Virus record (IMG/VR): IMGVR_UViG_3300022903_000002
Coordinates: 41,083 to 105,082 of that record
DNA length: 64,000 bases
Strand: one strand, 5' to 3'
Origin: a virus
A program made the translations under genes and the position numbers. Under the pieces are notes generated by a model. The model saw nothing but the letters and a program-made list of their open reading frames with translations. It did no database searches and was not told the origin of the DNA. Numbering within the stretch: the first letter of the stretch is position 1; the number at the start of each line of letters is the position of its first letter. Shown here piece by piece: positions 10,301 to 18,746 of the stretch.

Positions 10301-12134
10301 AGCCATCGATCCGAAGCTCGGCGGTGACGCGCATGGTGTTGTCGCCGCAGCGAAGAAATACATCGGTATCGGCGACGATAGAGGACCTAACAACAACATC
10401 TTCAGCCGCTGGTGGGGAATGCCGGGCGGGCCTTGGTGCTTCGCGGCCGGAACACTTGTGGACACCCCACAAGGCTTGGTCCCGATCGAGAACCTCAAGG
10501 TCGGCGACCCGGTCTACACCGGAACCGGCAATGTCCAGCGGGTGTCGTGTCTGTACAGGAGGCAGAAAGAGCTGTGGCGCGTCGTCGCCATGGGAATGCC
10601 CGAGACCTTCACGACCGAAGACCATCCGTATCTTGTGCGTAAGCGCCTCGCTGGGCGGAAGCGGGCGTTTGCGGAGCCGCAGCGCACATCGGTCAAGGAC
10701 CTCCGGAAGGGGGACCTGATCGGCCTTCCGCTCGGGCCGGAAGGAACGACGAAGTACGACCCGGACCTGAGTTACGTCCTCGGCATGTATGTCGCCGACG
10801 GATGCCGGAGCAAGGGCACCGTGATCTTCTCGGATGCCCCTGGTGAGACCGAACGGATCCTAACCGCCCTCAAGCGCGCCGGCTTCGATCGAGCATGGAC
10901 CACACGTAACGGCGGTGGGACGAACACGGGCATCACCGACAGCGGCCTCTACGAACTGTGCGGGAAGTTCGGGGACCTGGCACACAACAAGGAGATCCCC
11001 GATGAAGTCCACGCTTGGGATGCCGCCGCCAGGACCGCTTTCGTAGAGGGGTTCCTCGCCGGGGACGGGCACCTGAACGATGCGATCTCGTGCGGTGGTT
11101 CGCCGCGCTGGGAGGTCACGACCGTTTCACCGAAGTTGGCCGTCGGGCTGGCCAAACTACTGCGGTCCCTGGGGTTCCTCCCGTCGGTGAATGACGGTCG
11201 CCCTGAACAATCGCTGACGATCTGCGGACGGGATACACACTGCCGGAAGCAGTTCAAGCTGAGCTGGCGGAACGCCCATCGCGATGAACTTACCTATCAC
11301 CATTACGTCGAAGAGGACGGTGTCATCTGGGTTCCGGTTCGTGAGGCGGAGCCGACGGGGCGAGTCGAGTGCGTGTATGACATCACCGTTCCTGGCGAGC
11401 ACACATTCATCGCTAACGGAGCGTATTCGTTCAACTGCGCCATGTTCGTTTCTCGTGTCATCAAGGACGCCCACGCCGAGAAGTACTACTCCGGATATCC
11501 GACGGCGCTGGCCGCCGGGTACAACTCGATGCGGCATGTCAGTAGCGGGCAAGCTGGTGACCTCGCCACATACAACGGCGGCGGTCACATCAACATCATC
11601 GAGAAACCCGCTGGCGGGGCGTACATGACGATCGGCGGGAACCAGAACGCGCTCGTACAGCGCGGTATCCGGTCTCCCGGCCTGATTTTGCGCCCGGCGT
11701 TCGCGAACGGCGGGATCATCGGCCGAGAAGCGCAGCGCCTGTTCAAGCACGACGCACCGCGGCAGATCGACAAGCACGAACTGCAGACGCCGATGGTGCA
11801 ACTCATGCGTTCGCTGCCGTCCGGGCAGATGAGCAACGTTGTCCGCGCGATCACGAAGAAGCACCTCACCGTCGCGAACGCCGGCGTCTACGACGACGGA
11901 GGTGTTATTGCCCCTGGGTTGAACCTTGTCGCGAACGCGTCACGAAAACCGGAAGCGCTGCTGAGCAACGCGCAGTGGCGTGGCATCACCGAGGCCGCCG
12001 CTGGTGGCGACACGCACTATCACGCGCACCTGGACGAGATGACGCAGGCGGCCTACGGCACGCAGATCCGCTCGACATTCCACGCGATGGAAACCCAGCG
12101 GGCCATGAAAGAGCGCATCGGACGGAGGCGCTGA
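7392..12134 (+). CDS. Tape measure protein with C-terminal intein-interrupted CHAP domain
   Basis: 1580 aa, Ala-rich with Trp-periodic amphipathic repeats and FAxGG motifs; CHAP residues PW|C-AMFVS, HINII, TIGGN. Confidence 0.92.
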   Translation: MAAQVGAAYIKVAPNLAGFHRTITKELKSLSPQVKKIGLGLGRNLGDGIKVGLGDPLSGPLDESTKKQRQKGPKQGEEVAGAFAKGFEKRLKAAFQALPKAEIDADSSPADKKIAELRRQLEALSGKTVGVDIDAGAALSEVAAIRSELEALDGHESIQVDVDAAAALAELTAVQVEVDRVDGRTARVNVNADVLPALAGIGLVSTALLGLTAIPIAATVGVGILSLVGPLGAAGAGFAGLAAVATPSINRIGEALKVQKQAQDASTGSAAQAAAANKKLAATMAALSPAERDVLKSWNGLRTAFTGWAKELQPAVLPLFTRGINLVKQALPGLTPIVKGAAGAVNGLLGDVTRAAQSPFWRQLRTNITGLVPTSITGFGKIAGNIATGLAGIVSAFLPYAPTILSFITRITAGFARWGQGLGTSNGFAKFMAYVKQNAPLILETVKQLGLSIAHIVSSLAPLGPAVLGGFGLLLRFIGMLTPGEIQAIAIAFTLLSVSIWAVNFALEANPVVLVITLIVALVAAVVLAFNHVTWFHNAVVAAFNGIKAAVLFVWNSVLKPTFSALVVAFQAISTVVMWLWRNVISPAFSAISLAARILFAIVAVAVLAPLVIAFNILKAVILAWWHIVVVPAFAAVQAVIAAAWVVIHPILAALGVAVRAVGAAAMWLWHNAIVPAWNGISLAIATVYNTVIHPILNALNAVLRNVIAPVFRWIYTSVIKPMFQAAGAVIRNVWNTAISPAFNALKSGVNAVKNAFSTAVSAIGRIWKGLESATKKPVQFVVNTVYNNGIRSVWNKVAGLVHLPQLPAAKFAQGGIFPGYTPGKDPYSMPMAAFSGGEAVMRPEFTRAVGPGFVYAANKVARKRGPGGVRDFLANGEMKFATGGILPGRHVAAFANGGIIGGILGAVKRASSLVVRGASSVLGGGASAFAKTVLNPILSRIPGADSPWAQGILSLPKRMIDGFISWLHTAIDPKLGGDAHGVVAAAKKYIGIGDDRGPNNNIFSRWWGMPGGPWCFAAGTLVDTPQGLVPIENLKVGDPVYTGTGNVQRVSCLYRRQKELWRVVAMGMPETFTTEDHPYLVRKRLAGRKRAFAEPQRTSVKDLRKGDLIGLPLGPEGTTKYDPDLSYVLGMYVADGCRSKGTVIFSDAPGETERILTALKRAGFDRAWTTRNGGGTNTGITDSGLYELCGKFGDLAHNKEIPDEVHAWDAAARTAFVEGFLAGDGHLNDAISCGGSPRWEVTTVSPKLAVGLAKLLRSLGFLPSVNDGRPEQSLTICGRDTHCRKQFKLSWRNAHRDELTYHHYVEEDGVIWVPVREAEPTGRVECVYDITVPGEHTFIANGAYSFNCAMFVSRVIKDAHAEKYYSGYPTALAAGYNSMRHVSSGQAGDLATYNGGGHINIIEKPAGGAYMTIGGNQNALVQRGIRSPGLILRPAFANGGIIGREAQRLFKHDAPRQIDKHELQTPMVQLMRSLPSGQMSNVVRAITKKHLTVANAGVYDDGGVIAPGLNLVANASRKPEALLSNAQWRGITEAAAGGDTHYHAHLDEMTQAAYGTQIRSTFHAMETQRAMKERIGRRR
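10437..11435 (+). mobile_element. Intein (333 aa) with LAGLIDADG homing endonuclease
   Basis: Starts CFAAGTLV; block B TEDHPY; LGMYVADG and EGFLAGDG motifs; block F VYDITV..HTFIANG; ends SFN/C. Confidence 0.93.
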
Positions 12135-13079
12135 ATGCCGCTGCTCGTCAAACGGCCGTCCGCGCCGGCGGCTCCGCAGTCACCGGGGTTCAACCCGGAT
12201 CGGCTCGGTGTGACGTACATCGATCCGGACGGGCATGCGTGGGCGTGGGGTGATCTGACGGCGAAGGTGTTCGCGACGGCGGTGGCCGGTCTCGGTTCAC
12301 CACCTGTCGCGTTCACCCAGCTCGGTTTGCCGTCCGGGGGTGCCTTCGCGCAGTCACATCTGGCCGCGGCTCGTACCATCACGGTCGGCCTGTATGCCTA
12401 CGACGATGAGGACCAGGGCGCGTTCCTTGCGCTGGTGGACCGTCTCGCTCGAGCTCTATGGTCGCAGCGGGATGGGAAGCCCGCGCCGGGGATCCTGGTG
12501 ATCGCACGCCCGGACGGGACAGCCCGGCAGATCCAGGTGTACTGCACTGACGGCATGGACCTGTCCGACGACGACCGGACGAAGTCAGGCCTGATGTGGG
12601 CGACGTATCCGGTCACGCTCGCGGCCCCAGACCCGTTCTTCGAGGACGCTGACGCGACCTCACGGGAGTTCGGCTCCTCGACTACTGCTGGCATTCCACC
12701 GATGCCACCGATCGTGTTGTCGCCGTCGTCGCTGCTCGGGGATACGACGGTCGACAATTCCGGTGACGCTGACGCGTACCCGATCTGGACGATCCACGGG
12801 CCCGGCACACCCACCTTGTCGAACGTCACGACGGGCCGATCGTTCGGGCTGGATGTGAGCCTCGGCGATGACGAGGTCGTTGTGGTCGACACTCGGCCCG
12901 GTATGCAGTCCGCGGTCGACCAGGACGGCGTTAACCGTTGGGCGGATCTGGTCCGGTCGAGTCCGCGTGACTTGTGGCAGCTCGTCCCGGGCGTGAACGA
13001 GCTAAGCCTGACGATCGGCGATTCCGATGCCGGGTCGAAGATCAGCCTGTCGTTCACGCGCCGCTGGTTGAGGGCCTGA
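12135..13079 (+). CDS. Distal tail protein (Dit-like)
   Basis: After the tape measure gene; APDPFF, N.GDADAYPIWTI.GP, LVPGVN motifs. Confidence 0.8.
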   Translation: MPLLVKRPSAPAAPQSPGFNPDRLGVTYIDPDGHAWAWGDLTAKVFATAVAGLGSPPVAFTQLGLPSGGAFAQSHLAAARTITVGLYAYDDEDQGAFLALVDRLARALWSQRDGKPAPGILVIARPDGTARQIQVYCTDGMDLSDDDRTKSGLMWATYPVTLAAPDPFFEDADATSREFGSSTTAGIPPMPPIVLSPSSLLGDTTVDNSGDADAYPIWTIHGPGTPTLSNVTTGRSFGLDVSLGDDEVVVVDTRPGMQSAVDQDGVNRWADLVRSSPRDLWQLVPGVNELSLTIGDSDAGSKISLSFTRRWLRA

Positions 13080-13080
13080 C

Positions 13081-14253
13081 ATGGCCGTGATGGTCGAAGT
13101 CCGTGACGGTGACCTGAACAGTATCGGCCCGCTGACGTGGACGAAGGTTGACCTTACGGCCCGCTACAACGCGGTCGGGGCGTGGTCGATCACCGTCCCG
13201 GCTACCGATAAGAACATCGAGTTGACGAACATCCCGAGCCTGGGTGTGGTCGTGGACTGGAACGGCGTCTATCGGTTCACGGGCCCTATGGAGACGTGGG
13301 CACCGTCGAAGTCCCTTGACGATGCCGGGCAGGTCACGGACACGATCACCCTTTCCGGTGCCGATGACCTGGCGCTGATCGCGAACCGGACCGCGTACCC
13401 GGACCCGGCGTCGTCCTGGGCGTCACAAACGGTGTCGGGTGAGGACGCCCAGACGGCGGTGCCATGCGAAACCGCCATCAAACACTACGTGAACGTCAAC
13501 GCAGGCCCGGGCGCTCTCGCAGCCCGCAGGGCACCGCATCTGACGGTCGCGTCGAGTCTCGGCATGGGCGGCACCGTGTCCTACAGCGCCCGCTTCGCTG
13601 ACGGCGTCGACCTTGAGCTGATGGACATCATCCGGCTGCTCATCGCCTCCGGTGGGCCGCTCGGTGTGACGGTCACTCAGCAGGGCGGGTCGCTGGTGTT
13701 CGACACCTACGAACCCCGCGACCTGTCCGAAACCGCCTGGTTTTCGTTCGCGCTCGGGAACCTTCGTGGCGTCGACCTGTCCGATGCGGCGCCGACGATC
13801 ACCAATGCGCTTGTCCGCGGCTCGACGACGTTCGTTGAGGTCGCCGGCGCCGGCGCGGGTGATCCGTGGCGGCGTATCGAGACGATCGTCGACCAGTCCA
13901 GTTCCACCGACTCAACGGAGATGACGCAGGCCGGCCAGGACGCCCTCAGCCAGGGCGCGGGCGCGGCACAAATGTCGATCTCGACGGTTGACCTGCCGTT
14001 GCTGTCGTTCGGGACTGACTACGGGCTGGGGGACACGGTCACGGTCGAGGTCCGAGATGGCGTCACGTACCAGGACATCGTGTCCGCAGTGCAGCTCACC
14101 GCGGATGACAGCGGCCAGAACTACGTGGAGACCGCGACGCCGACGGTTGGCGCGTCGGAGTCCGACATCGGCGATGACCAGACCGCCTCAGCGCAACTCG
14201 CAGCGCGAGTCAGGGCGCTTGAGAAGCAGATCCGACGACTTCAGGCAGGATGA
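13081..14253 (+). CDS. Baseplate hub / minor tail protein (ReqiPepy6 Gp37-like)
   Basis: RYNAVGAW and FGTDYGLGDTVTV motifs; synteny. Confidence 0.75.
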   Translation: MAVMVEVRDGDLNSIGPLTWTKVDLTARYNAVGAWSITVPATDKNIELTNIPSLGVVVDWNGVYRFTGPMETWAPSKSLDDAGQVTDTITLSGADDLALIANRTAYPDPASSWASQTVSGEDAQTAVPCETAIKHYVNVNAGPGALAARRAPHLTVASSLGMGGTVSYSARFADGVDLELMDIIRLLIASGGPLGVTVTQQGGSLVFDTYEPRDLSETAWFSFALGNLRGVDLSDAAPTITNALVRGSTTFVEVAGAGAGDPWRRIETIVDQSSSTDSTEMTQAGQDALSQGAGAAQMSISTVDLPLLSFGTDYGLGDTVTVEVRDGVTYQDIVSAVQLTADDSGQNYVETATPTVGASESDIGDDQTASAQLAARVRALEKQIRRLQAG

Positions 14254-15185
14254 GCATGGCCTACGACGAACCGATGCCGACCCCGGACGGCAACACCGTT
14301 TCGACGATGACTGACTGGGAGGCGTACTGGGTCGGTGGTCTCGGCGGAGCGTCTGGTGTCGTCGCGGGGAAGCTCGGGGAGTTGGCCCCGTCGATCAACT
14401 CCGGTTCCCGGACGGTGTCGACCGCGACCGGCGCCGCGTTCGTCAGAGGGTTCTACGTGCAGAACCCGACTACCACCCACACGGCGAGTGTGCCGGCGCA
14501 GTCGGTCGGGGATCGCGTGGACCGTCTGGTTTTGCGGCTCGATCGGACTGCGAGCGTCGCAGCGAATTGGTTGAAGCCCGTGATTTTGCAGGGCTCTTCG
14601 GGGTCGTCGACGCCACCGACGATGCAGGTGTCCACTGACGGGTCCTACGACGAACCGATCGCACGGTGGACCACGAAAGCGGACGGATCCCTGACGGGCC
14701 TCGTTGATGAGCGGCGCAGGTCCGGCGGCCAGTTCCTCGTGTTCAACTCCGCGGCGAGACCGCCGGCGTCGCCGCCCCGGCAGGGCTACGAACTCGACAC
14801 CGGCCGTCCCGTATACGCGGACGGCAGCAACTGGAACTACTACGAAACCGATACCGGCTTCCAGAATGTGGCGATCACCGGGTTCTGGGCGGTCGGCGGG
14901 TTCACACCACAGATCCGTCTGCGGAACGGCTGGGTGTACCTGCGCGGATCTATCGCGCGGACTACGAACACGCTGCAGTCCACGGACACGAATTCACCGA
15001 TCGGCACGATCCCGACCCAGTTCCGGCCGGCGGGTACACACAACTGGGCGGCTGTGACGTCGTCGATGGGCCATGTGCGGCTCCAGGTGGACTACAGCAC
15101 GGGCGCGTTGGCAGTTGTTGATCTGTCCGCTGACATCACGGTCGGCCGCACGGTGTACCTCGACACGGCATGGATCGCTGGCTGA
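14250..15185 (+). CDS. Minor tail protein
   Basis: G.AFVRG, R.DRLVLRLD, TIP..FRP fibre-type motifs. Confidence 0.7.
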   Translation: MSMAYDEPMPTPDGNTVSTMTDWEAYWVGGLGGASGVVAGKLGELAPSINSGSRTVSTATGAAFVRGFYVQNPTTTHTASVPAQSVGDRVDRLVLRLDRTASVAANWLKPVILQGSSGSSTPPTMQVSTDGSYDEPIARWTTKADGSLTGLVDERRRSGGQFLVFNSAARPPASPPRQGYELDTGRPVYADGSNWNYYETDTGFQNVAITGFWAVGGFTPQIRLRNGWVYLRGSIARTTNTLQSTDTNSPIGTIPTQFRPAGTHNWAAVTSSMGHVRLQVDYSTGALAVVDLSADITVGRTVYLDTAWIAG

Positions 15186-15304
15186 TGCCGCTCCTCGTCA
15201 AGCGTCCAGTGCGGCCAGAGTCCCAGTGGGTGCTGCCACCGATGCCTCCGATCGGCTCGGCCAGCGAAGAATCCGATGACGACCCAGAGCAGGAGACGGT
15301 GTGA
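15185..15304 (+). CDS. 39-aa mini-ORF sharing two motifs with Dit
   Basis: MPLLVKRPVRPESQWVLPPMPPIGSASEESDDDPEQETV; TGATG and GTGA coupling on both sides. Confidence 0.65.
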   Translation: MPLLVKRPVRPESQWVLPPMPPIGSASEESDDDPEQETV

Positions 15305-15858
15305 GGCACATGTTCGGCGGCGACTTGGCCGCTTGGTCCACTGATCTGGGTGACGAAGCAACGAGTATCAACGGTCAGGATGGGCGCGTCGCCCTGTTCA
15401 TCCCCGACGCACCCATCGAGTTCTGGTCGGCGATCACAGGCGGTACACCGTACACGGATCTCCTCGACAACCTCGGTACGCCGACGACATCGGTTACGAC
15501 CGACACGAACGGCGAGTTTCCGCAATTCCAGGGGCCCGATGATGTCTGGTACATGTGGGCGGACGGCTCCGGTGACGGCTCCGGCCCGCGCCGGCTGATC
15601 GTCGCCACGGACCTCGCTGACACGGTCGCGGCGAACAAGGACTCCCTCACGGACCTGATCGGCACTGTCACTGACCTGCAGTCTCTCGTCGCCTCGTCGC
15701 TGGGGATCATCGAGTACGACAGCGTCGGTGCGGCGTGGCCGGACCGACCTGAGGATTCGCGGATCTACATGTGGGTGGGGCCGACGGCACCGACGGTGGG
15801 CGGCACGGGAATGCAGGATGGCCGGGACTTCTGGCTCAACCCGGTGCCGGTGAGCTGA
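15301..15858 (+). CDS. Minor tail protein
   Basis: FWSA.TGG..YTDL, G..PQFQGPD...MWAD; synteny. Confidence 0.65.
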   Translation: MRHMFGGDLAAWSTDLGDEATSINGQDGRVALFIPDAPIEFWSAITGGTPYTDLLDNLGTPTTSVTTDTNGEFPQFQGPDDVWYMWADGSGDGSGPRRLIVATDLADTVAANKDSLTDLIGTVTDLQSLVASSLGIIEYDSVGAAWPDRPEDSRIYMWVGPTAPTVGGTGMQDGRDFWLNPVPVS

Positions 15859-15859
15859 G

Positions 15860-16798
15860 GTGCCTTACGCACGCCTGTATGCAGCGTCGGGTCTGCGGCT
15901 ACTGCCGTTGGATGGCGGCCCGGCAGTCGTTCCGGGCGGGGGAGGTGGGGAAGGGCCGCCGGACAACCCTCCGCCGACTGGGAACCGAAATTCGATGCTG
16001 GTCGGTGCTGCCGGGGTCAACTTGTCCGGCTCGGATTTCCCTGCGCTGGATGCGGCGGCCGGGCCGTTCACGGTCCGCAGGAGCTACGACACGAGCCTCC
16101 CTGCGACGTTCGCTGCGAGTGTCGCTGGGATTGATGTGGGTGTCCGCGCGTCGGTGTGGTCATGTAAGCCCGATCTGGCCCAACTCGCTAGTGGTGCTCT
16201 CGACTCAGCGATCCACGCTTTCGTGACGTCGATCCCGGACACACATGTGGCCTGGCTGACGGTGTGGCACGAACCCGACGGCAAGATCCGCAAAGGCCAG
16301 TTCACATTGGCCGCGTACCTCCCAGCGTTCAAGCGGTTCTGCGAGGTCGTCAAGAGCGTCGGCAAGGCTCACGTGTATACGACGCAGATCCTCGAAGCGT
16401 GGTCAGGGCAGCATCCGGCGGTCGGGACGACGTATGCGGATCTGTGGCCGGGTGATGGGCTTGTGGACTGCTACGGCGTGGACGGCTACTCCAACACCGG
16501 TAGCGGGTCGGCTCTGTGGGGTCCTGCGGTGACGTTCGCGACGGGCAAGGGGATCCCGTGGGGGATCGCTGAGGTCGGGTGTGCGGGGGCGATGGACACG
16601 TCGTGGATGCAGGCGCAGGCGGACTATGCCGGGACGCATAAGGCTGGTGGGTTGCACACGAAGTGCGCGTACTTCTGCTGGTTCAGCAACACAACCGGTG
16701 GTGTCCTCGCGACGCCCGGCACCGACTCGGCCGCGGTAGCGAAGGCGAAGAGTATCTCGCAGGCCTACTTTACGGACGTAAACAGCTACCTGCTCTGA
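15860..16798 (+). CDS. GH26-like glycoside hydrolase, tail-associated
   Basis: WHEPD acid/base motif, WPGD..VD..GVDGY, IAEVG nucleophile motif. Confidence 0.7.
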   Translation: MPYARLYAASGLRLLPLDGGPAVVPGGGGGEGPPDNPPPTGNRNSMLVGAAGVNLSGSDFPALDAAAGPFTVRRSYDTSLPATFAASVAGIDVGVRASVWSCKPDLAQLASGALDSAIHAFVTSIPDTHVAWLTVWHEPDGKIRKGQFTLAAYLPAFKRFCEVVKSVGKAHVYTTQILEAWSGQHPAVGTTYADLWPGDGLVDCYGVDGYSNTGSGSALWGPAVTFATGKGIPWGIAEVGCAGAMDTSWMQAQADYAGTHKAGGLHTKCAYFCWFSNTTGGVLATPGTDSAAVAKAKSISQAYFTDVNSYLL

Positions 16799-16874
16799 GC
16801 AGCGCCAACGAACAATGCGGCTAGCGCAAGGTTTGGATCCACGGTTGCCTCCTGGGTGGGGTCGTCCAGGTGGG

Positions 16875-17234
16875 TCAGTTGCGCCCAGTCCGGCGCCGCT
16901 CACGCCACGCGGCGCGCTCGGCAATATTGATTTTTGCGATCCGGTCGGCCTCGACCAGTTGCGGTTGGAACTGGGCCACGATCTGATCGTCGAAACCCAG
17001 GCCGTATGCGAGTGTCCTCATAGTGACGATCGTGCTTATCGATTCCTCGACAGCGACCGGCATGTCGTCAGAGTTCGCCTGCGTGCTCCGGCCGATCTCC
17101 ACGAGGCGGTTGTATCCCCCGCACTCCAAGCAAGAGGGCGCGTGGTGCCCAGCGAAGTGCCAAGAGGTCTCGCGGGCCAACGCTTGCCACTGCCGGCTGG
17201 TCAGCGTGATTCGGTAGGACTCGATCAGTTCCAC
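16875..17234 (-). CDS. Hypothetical protein with CxxC (possible partner of the Phd-like protein)
   Basis: 119-aa ORF, GGAG RBS, directly downstream of the Phd-like gene. Confidence 0.6.
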   Translation of the reverse strand: MELIESYRITLTSRQWQALARETSWHFAGHHAPSCLECGGYNRLVEIGRSTQANSDDMPVAVEESISTIVTMRTLAYGLGFDDQIVAQFQPQLVEADRIAKINIAERAAWRERRRTGRN

Positions 17235-17249
17235 AGCGTCTCCATTCGG

Positions 17250-17603
17250 TCAGGCGGCGGTGTAGCCGTCGCCGCGCAGTTCAGTCTCGCGCCCGCGCAG
17301 ATAGCTGTCAGCATCATCGCTGCATACGACCGAGTCGTCGCAAACATCACCATCGACCGTGTAGATCTCGCGGACCTCTTCGCCGTTCCGGATGACCTTG
17401 ACGGCCTCGGTTCCTTCGTCGGTGGTGCGGGTGTAGGTGGTCTCGGTCACGGCGGTCTCCTTGATGCGGTCGAGGGGGACTATTGCGGCGTATCGCCTGC
17501 CGCGTCGGGTCAGGTAGGTAACGGCCCCTTCGAGGGCGGCATCGTCAACGAGGCTCCCGAGGGTTTTCCGGGCTTCCTCGACTCCGATCTCTTTCTCACT
17601 CAC
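17250..17603 (-). CDS. Phd/YefM-like antitoxin domain protein with acidic extension
   Basis: IGVEEARKTLGSLVD..A...TYLTRRGRRYAAIVP. Confidence 0.75.
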   Translation of the reverse strand: MSEKEIGVEEARKTLGSLVDDAALEGAVTYLTRRGRRYAAIVPLDRIKETAVTETTYTRTTDEGTEAVKVIRNGEEVREIYTVDGDVCDDSVVCSDDADSYLRGRETELRGDGYTAA

Positions 17604-17610
17604 AGGCTCA

Positions 17611-17639
17611 ACCTTACCGAACCTTAAGGTTCCTGTCTA
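17611..17639 (-). promoter_or_regulatory. Leaderless promoter with palindromic operator
   Basis: TAGACA-N17-TAAGGT, 7 nt before the GTG; AACCTTAAGGTT palindrome (17620-17631) in the spacer. Confidence 0.7.
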
Positions 17640-17690
17640 TCGCTATCGCGCCGCCGTGCGCATTCCTCCGTATCTACCTGAAGGAGCCGC

Positions 17691-18746
17691 ATGGCTATCG
17701 CGTTTCGTGCGTCCGCTGAGGCGCACGTCACCTCCGGGTCACTCACCCTCACGATCCCCGGCGCTGTCCAGGCCGGTGACCTCCTCGTCCTCGTCGGCGG
17801 TATGAACAACGCAGGCAACGCCGCCTACGACTGGAGTACGCCGTCCGGGTGGACGAAGAAGGATGATCGCAGCGTCGGCTCCAACCTGTACGGCGTCGTC
17901 TACGTCAAAACCGCCACCAGCGGCGACTCCGGCGCCAGCCTCACCCTCGCCTCCAGCAACACCGGCAAGAGCTGCGCGATCATCGCCGCATACTCCGGAC
18001 TCGACCAATCCGCGCCCGTCGACGTCATCGCAGGCCTCTCCGAGACGACCTCCACCGTCTCCCACGCCACCCCAACCGTCGCGTCGACACTGGACCAGGA
18101 CTGGGTGATCATCGCCGCGGTCCAGTCCAACTCGGTAGCCGAGTCGTGGGGCACCGCATCCGGCTACACGAAACGGCAGGACTCCCTCGACAACACGCTC
18201 CCGTCCGGGCACGTCACCGCGACACTCCAGGACAAAGGACCGGAGTCGGTCGGCACGTATGGGGGAGAGGTCCTCACCGCCGCGTCCGCGTCGTCGAAGG
18301 CGGCGATGTGGACGATCGGGATCTCCCCGCAGCAGTCCACGCAGACCGCGCGCCCCACCTCCGACATCGATATCACCAGCGCAGTCGGCGTCCCAAGCCC
18401 TGGGGTCGGCAGCGGCGTGTACGCGCGCCTCGCCGAGAACACCGACTCCAGCTACGCCGAGATCAGCAACGGCGGCGACGTCGAGGTCGGGTTCGCCTCG
18501 CTGATCGATCCGCAGGCCAGTACCGGGCACACCCTCACCTACCGCGCTTGGTACGCCGGCGGGGCATCGAGCGGCACCCAGACGGTCACGCTGAAACGTG
18601 GGTCGACGACGATCGCGTCGTGGACGGACACTCTCACCGCGAGCCCGCAGACGTTCACCCACACCCTGAACGGGACGCAGGCTGACAGCATCCCGACGGG
18701 GGACTACTCCAACCTTCGGGTCCGGTTCGCGCCGAGCGTGAGCTGA
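17691..18746 (+). CDS. Minor tail / fibre-like beta-rich protein
   Basis: S/T/G-rich, P....AGDLL and TPSGWT motifs; tail module. Confidence 0.65.
   Translation: MAIAFRASAEAHVTSGSLTLTIPGAVQAGDLLVLVGGMNNAGNAAYDWSTPSGWTKKDDRSVGSNLYGVVYVKTATSGDSGASLTLASSNTGKSCAIIAAYSGLDQSAPVDVIAGLSETTSTVSHATPTVASTLDQDWVIIAAVQSNSVAESWGTASGYTKRQDSLDNTLPSGHVTATLQDKGPESVGTYGGEVLTAASASSKAAMWTIGISPQQSTQTARPTSDIDITSAVGVPSPGVGSGVYARLAENTDSSYAEISNGGDVEVGFASLIDPQASTGHTLTYRAWYAGGASSGTQTVTLKRGSTTIASWTDTLTASPQTFTHTLNGTQADSIPTGDYSNLRVRFAPSVS

Noticed and set aside
12135-15304. Diversity-generating retroelement (Dit / mini-ORF similarity as template and variable repeats)
   Set aside because: No reverse transcriptase; the similarity is two short motifs and is not adenine-specific
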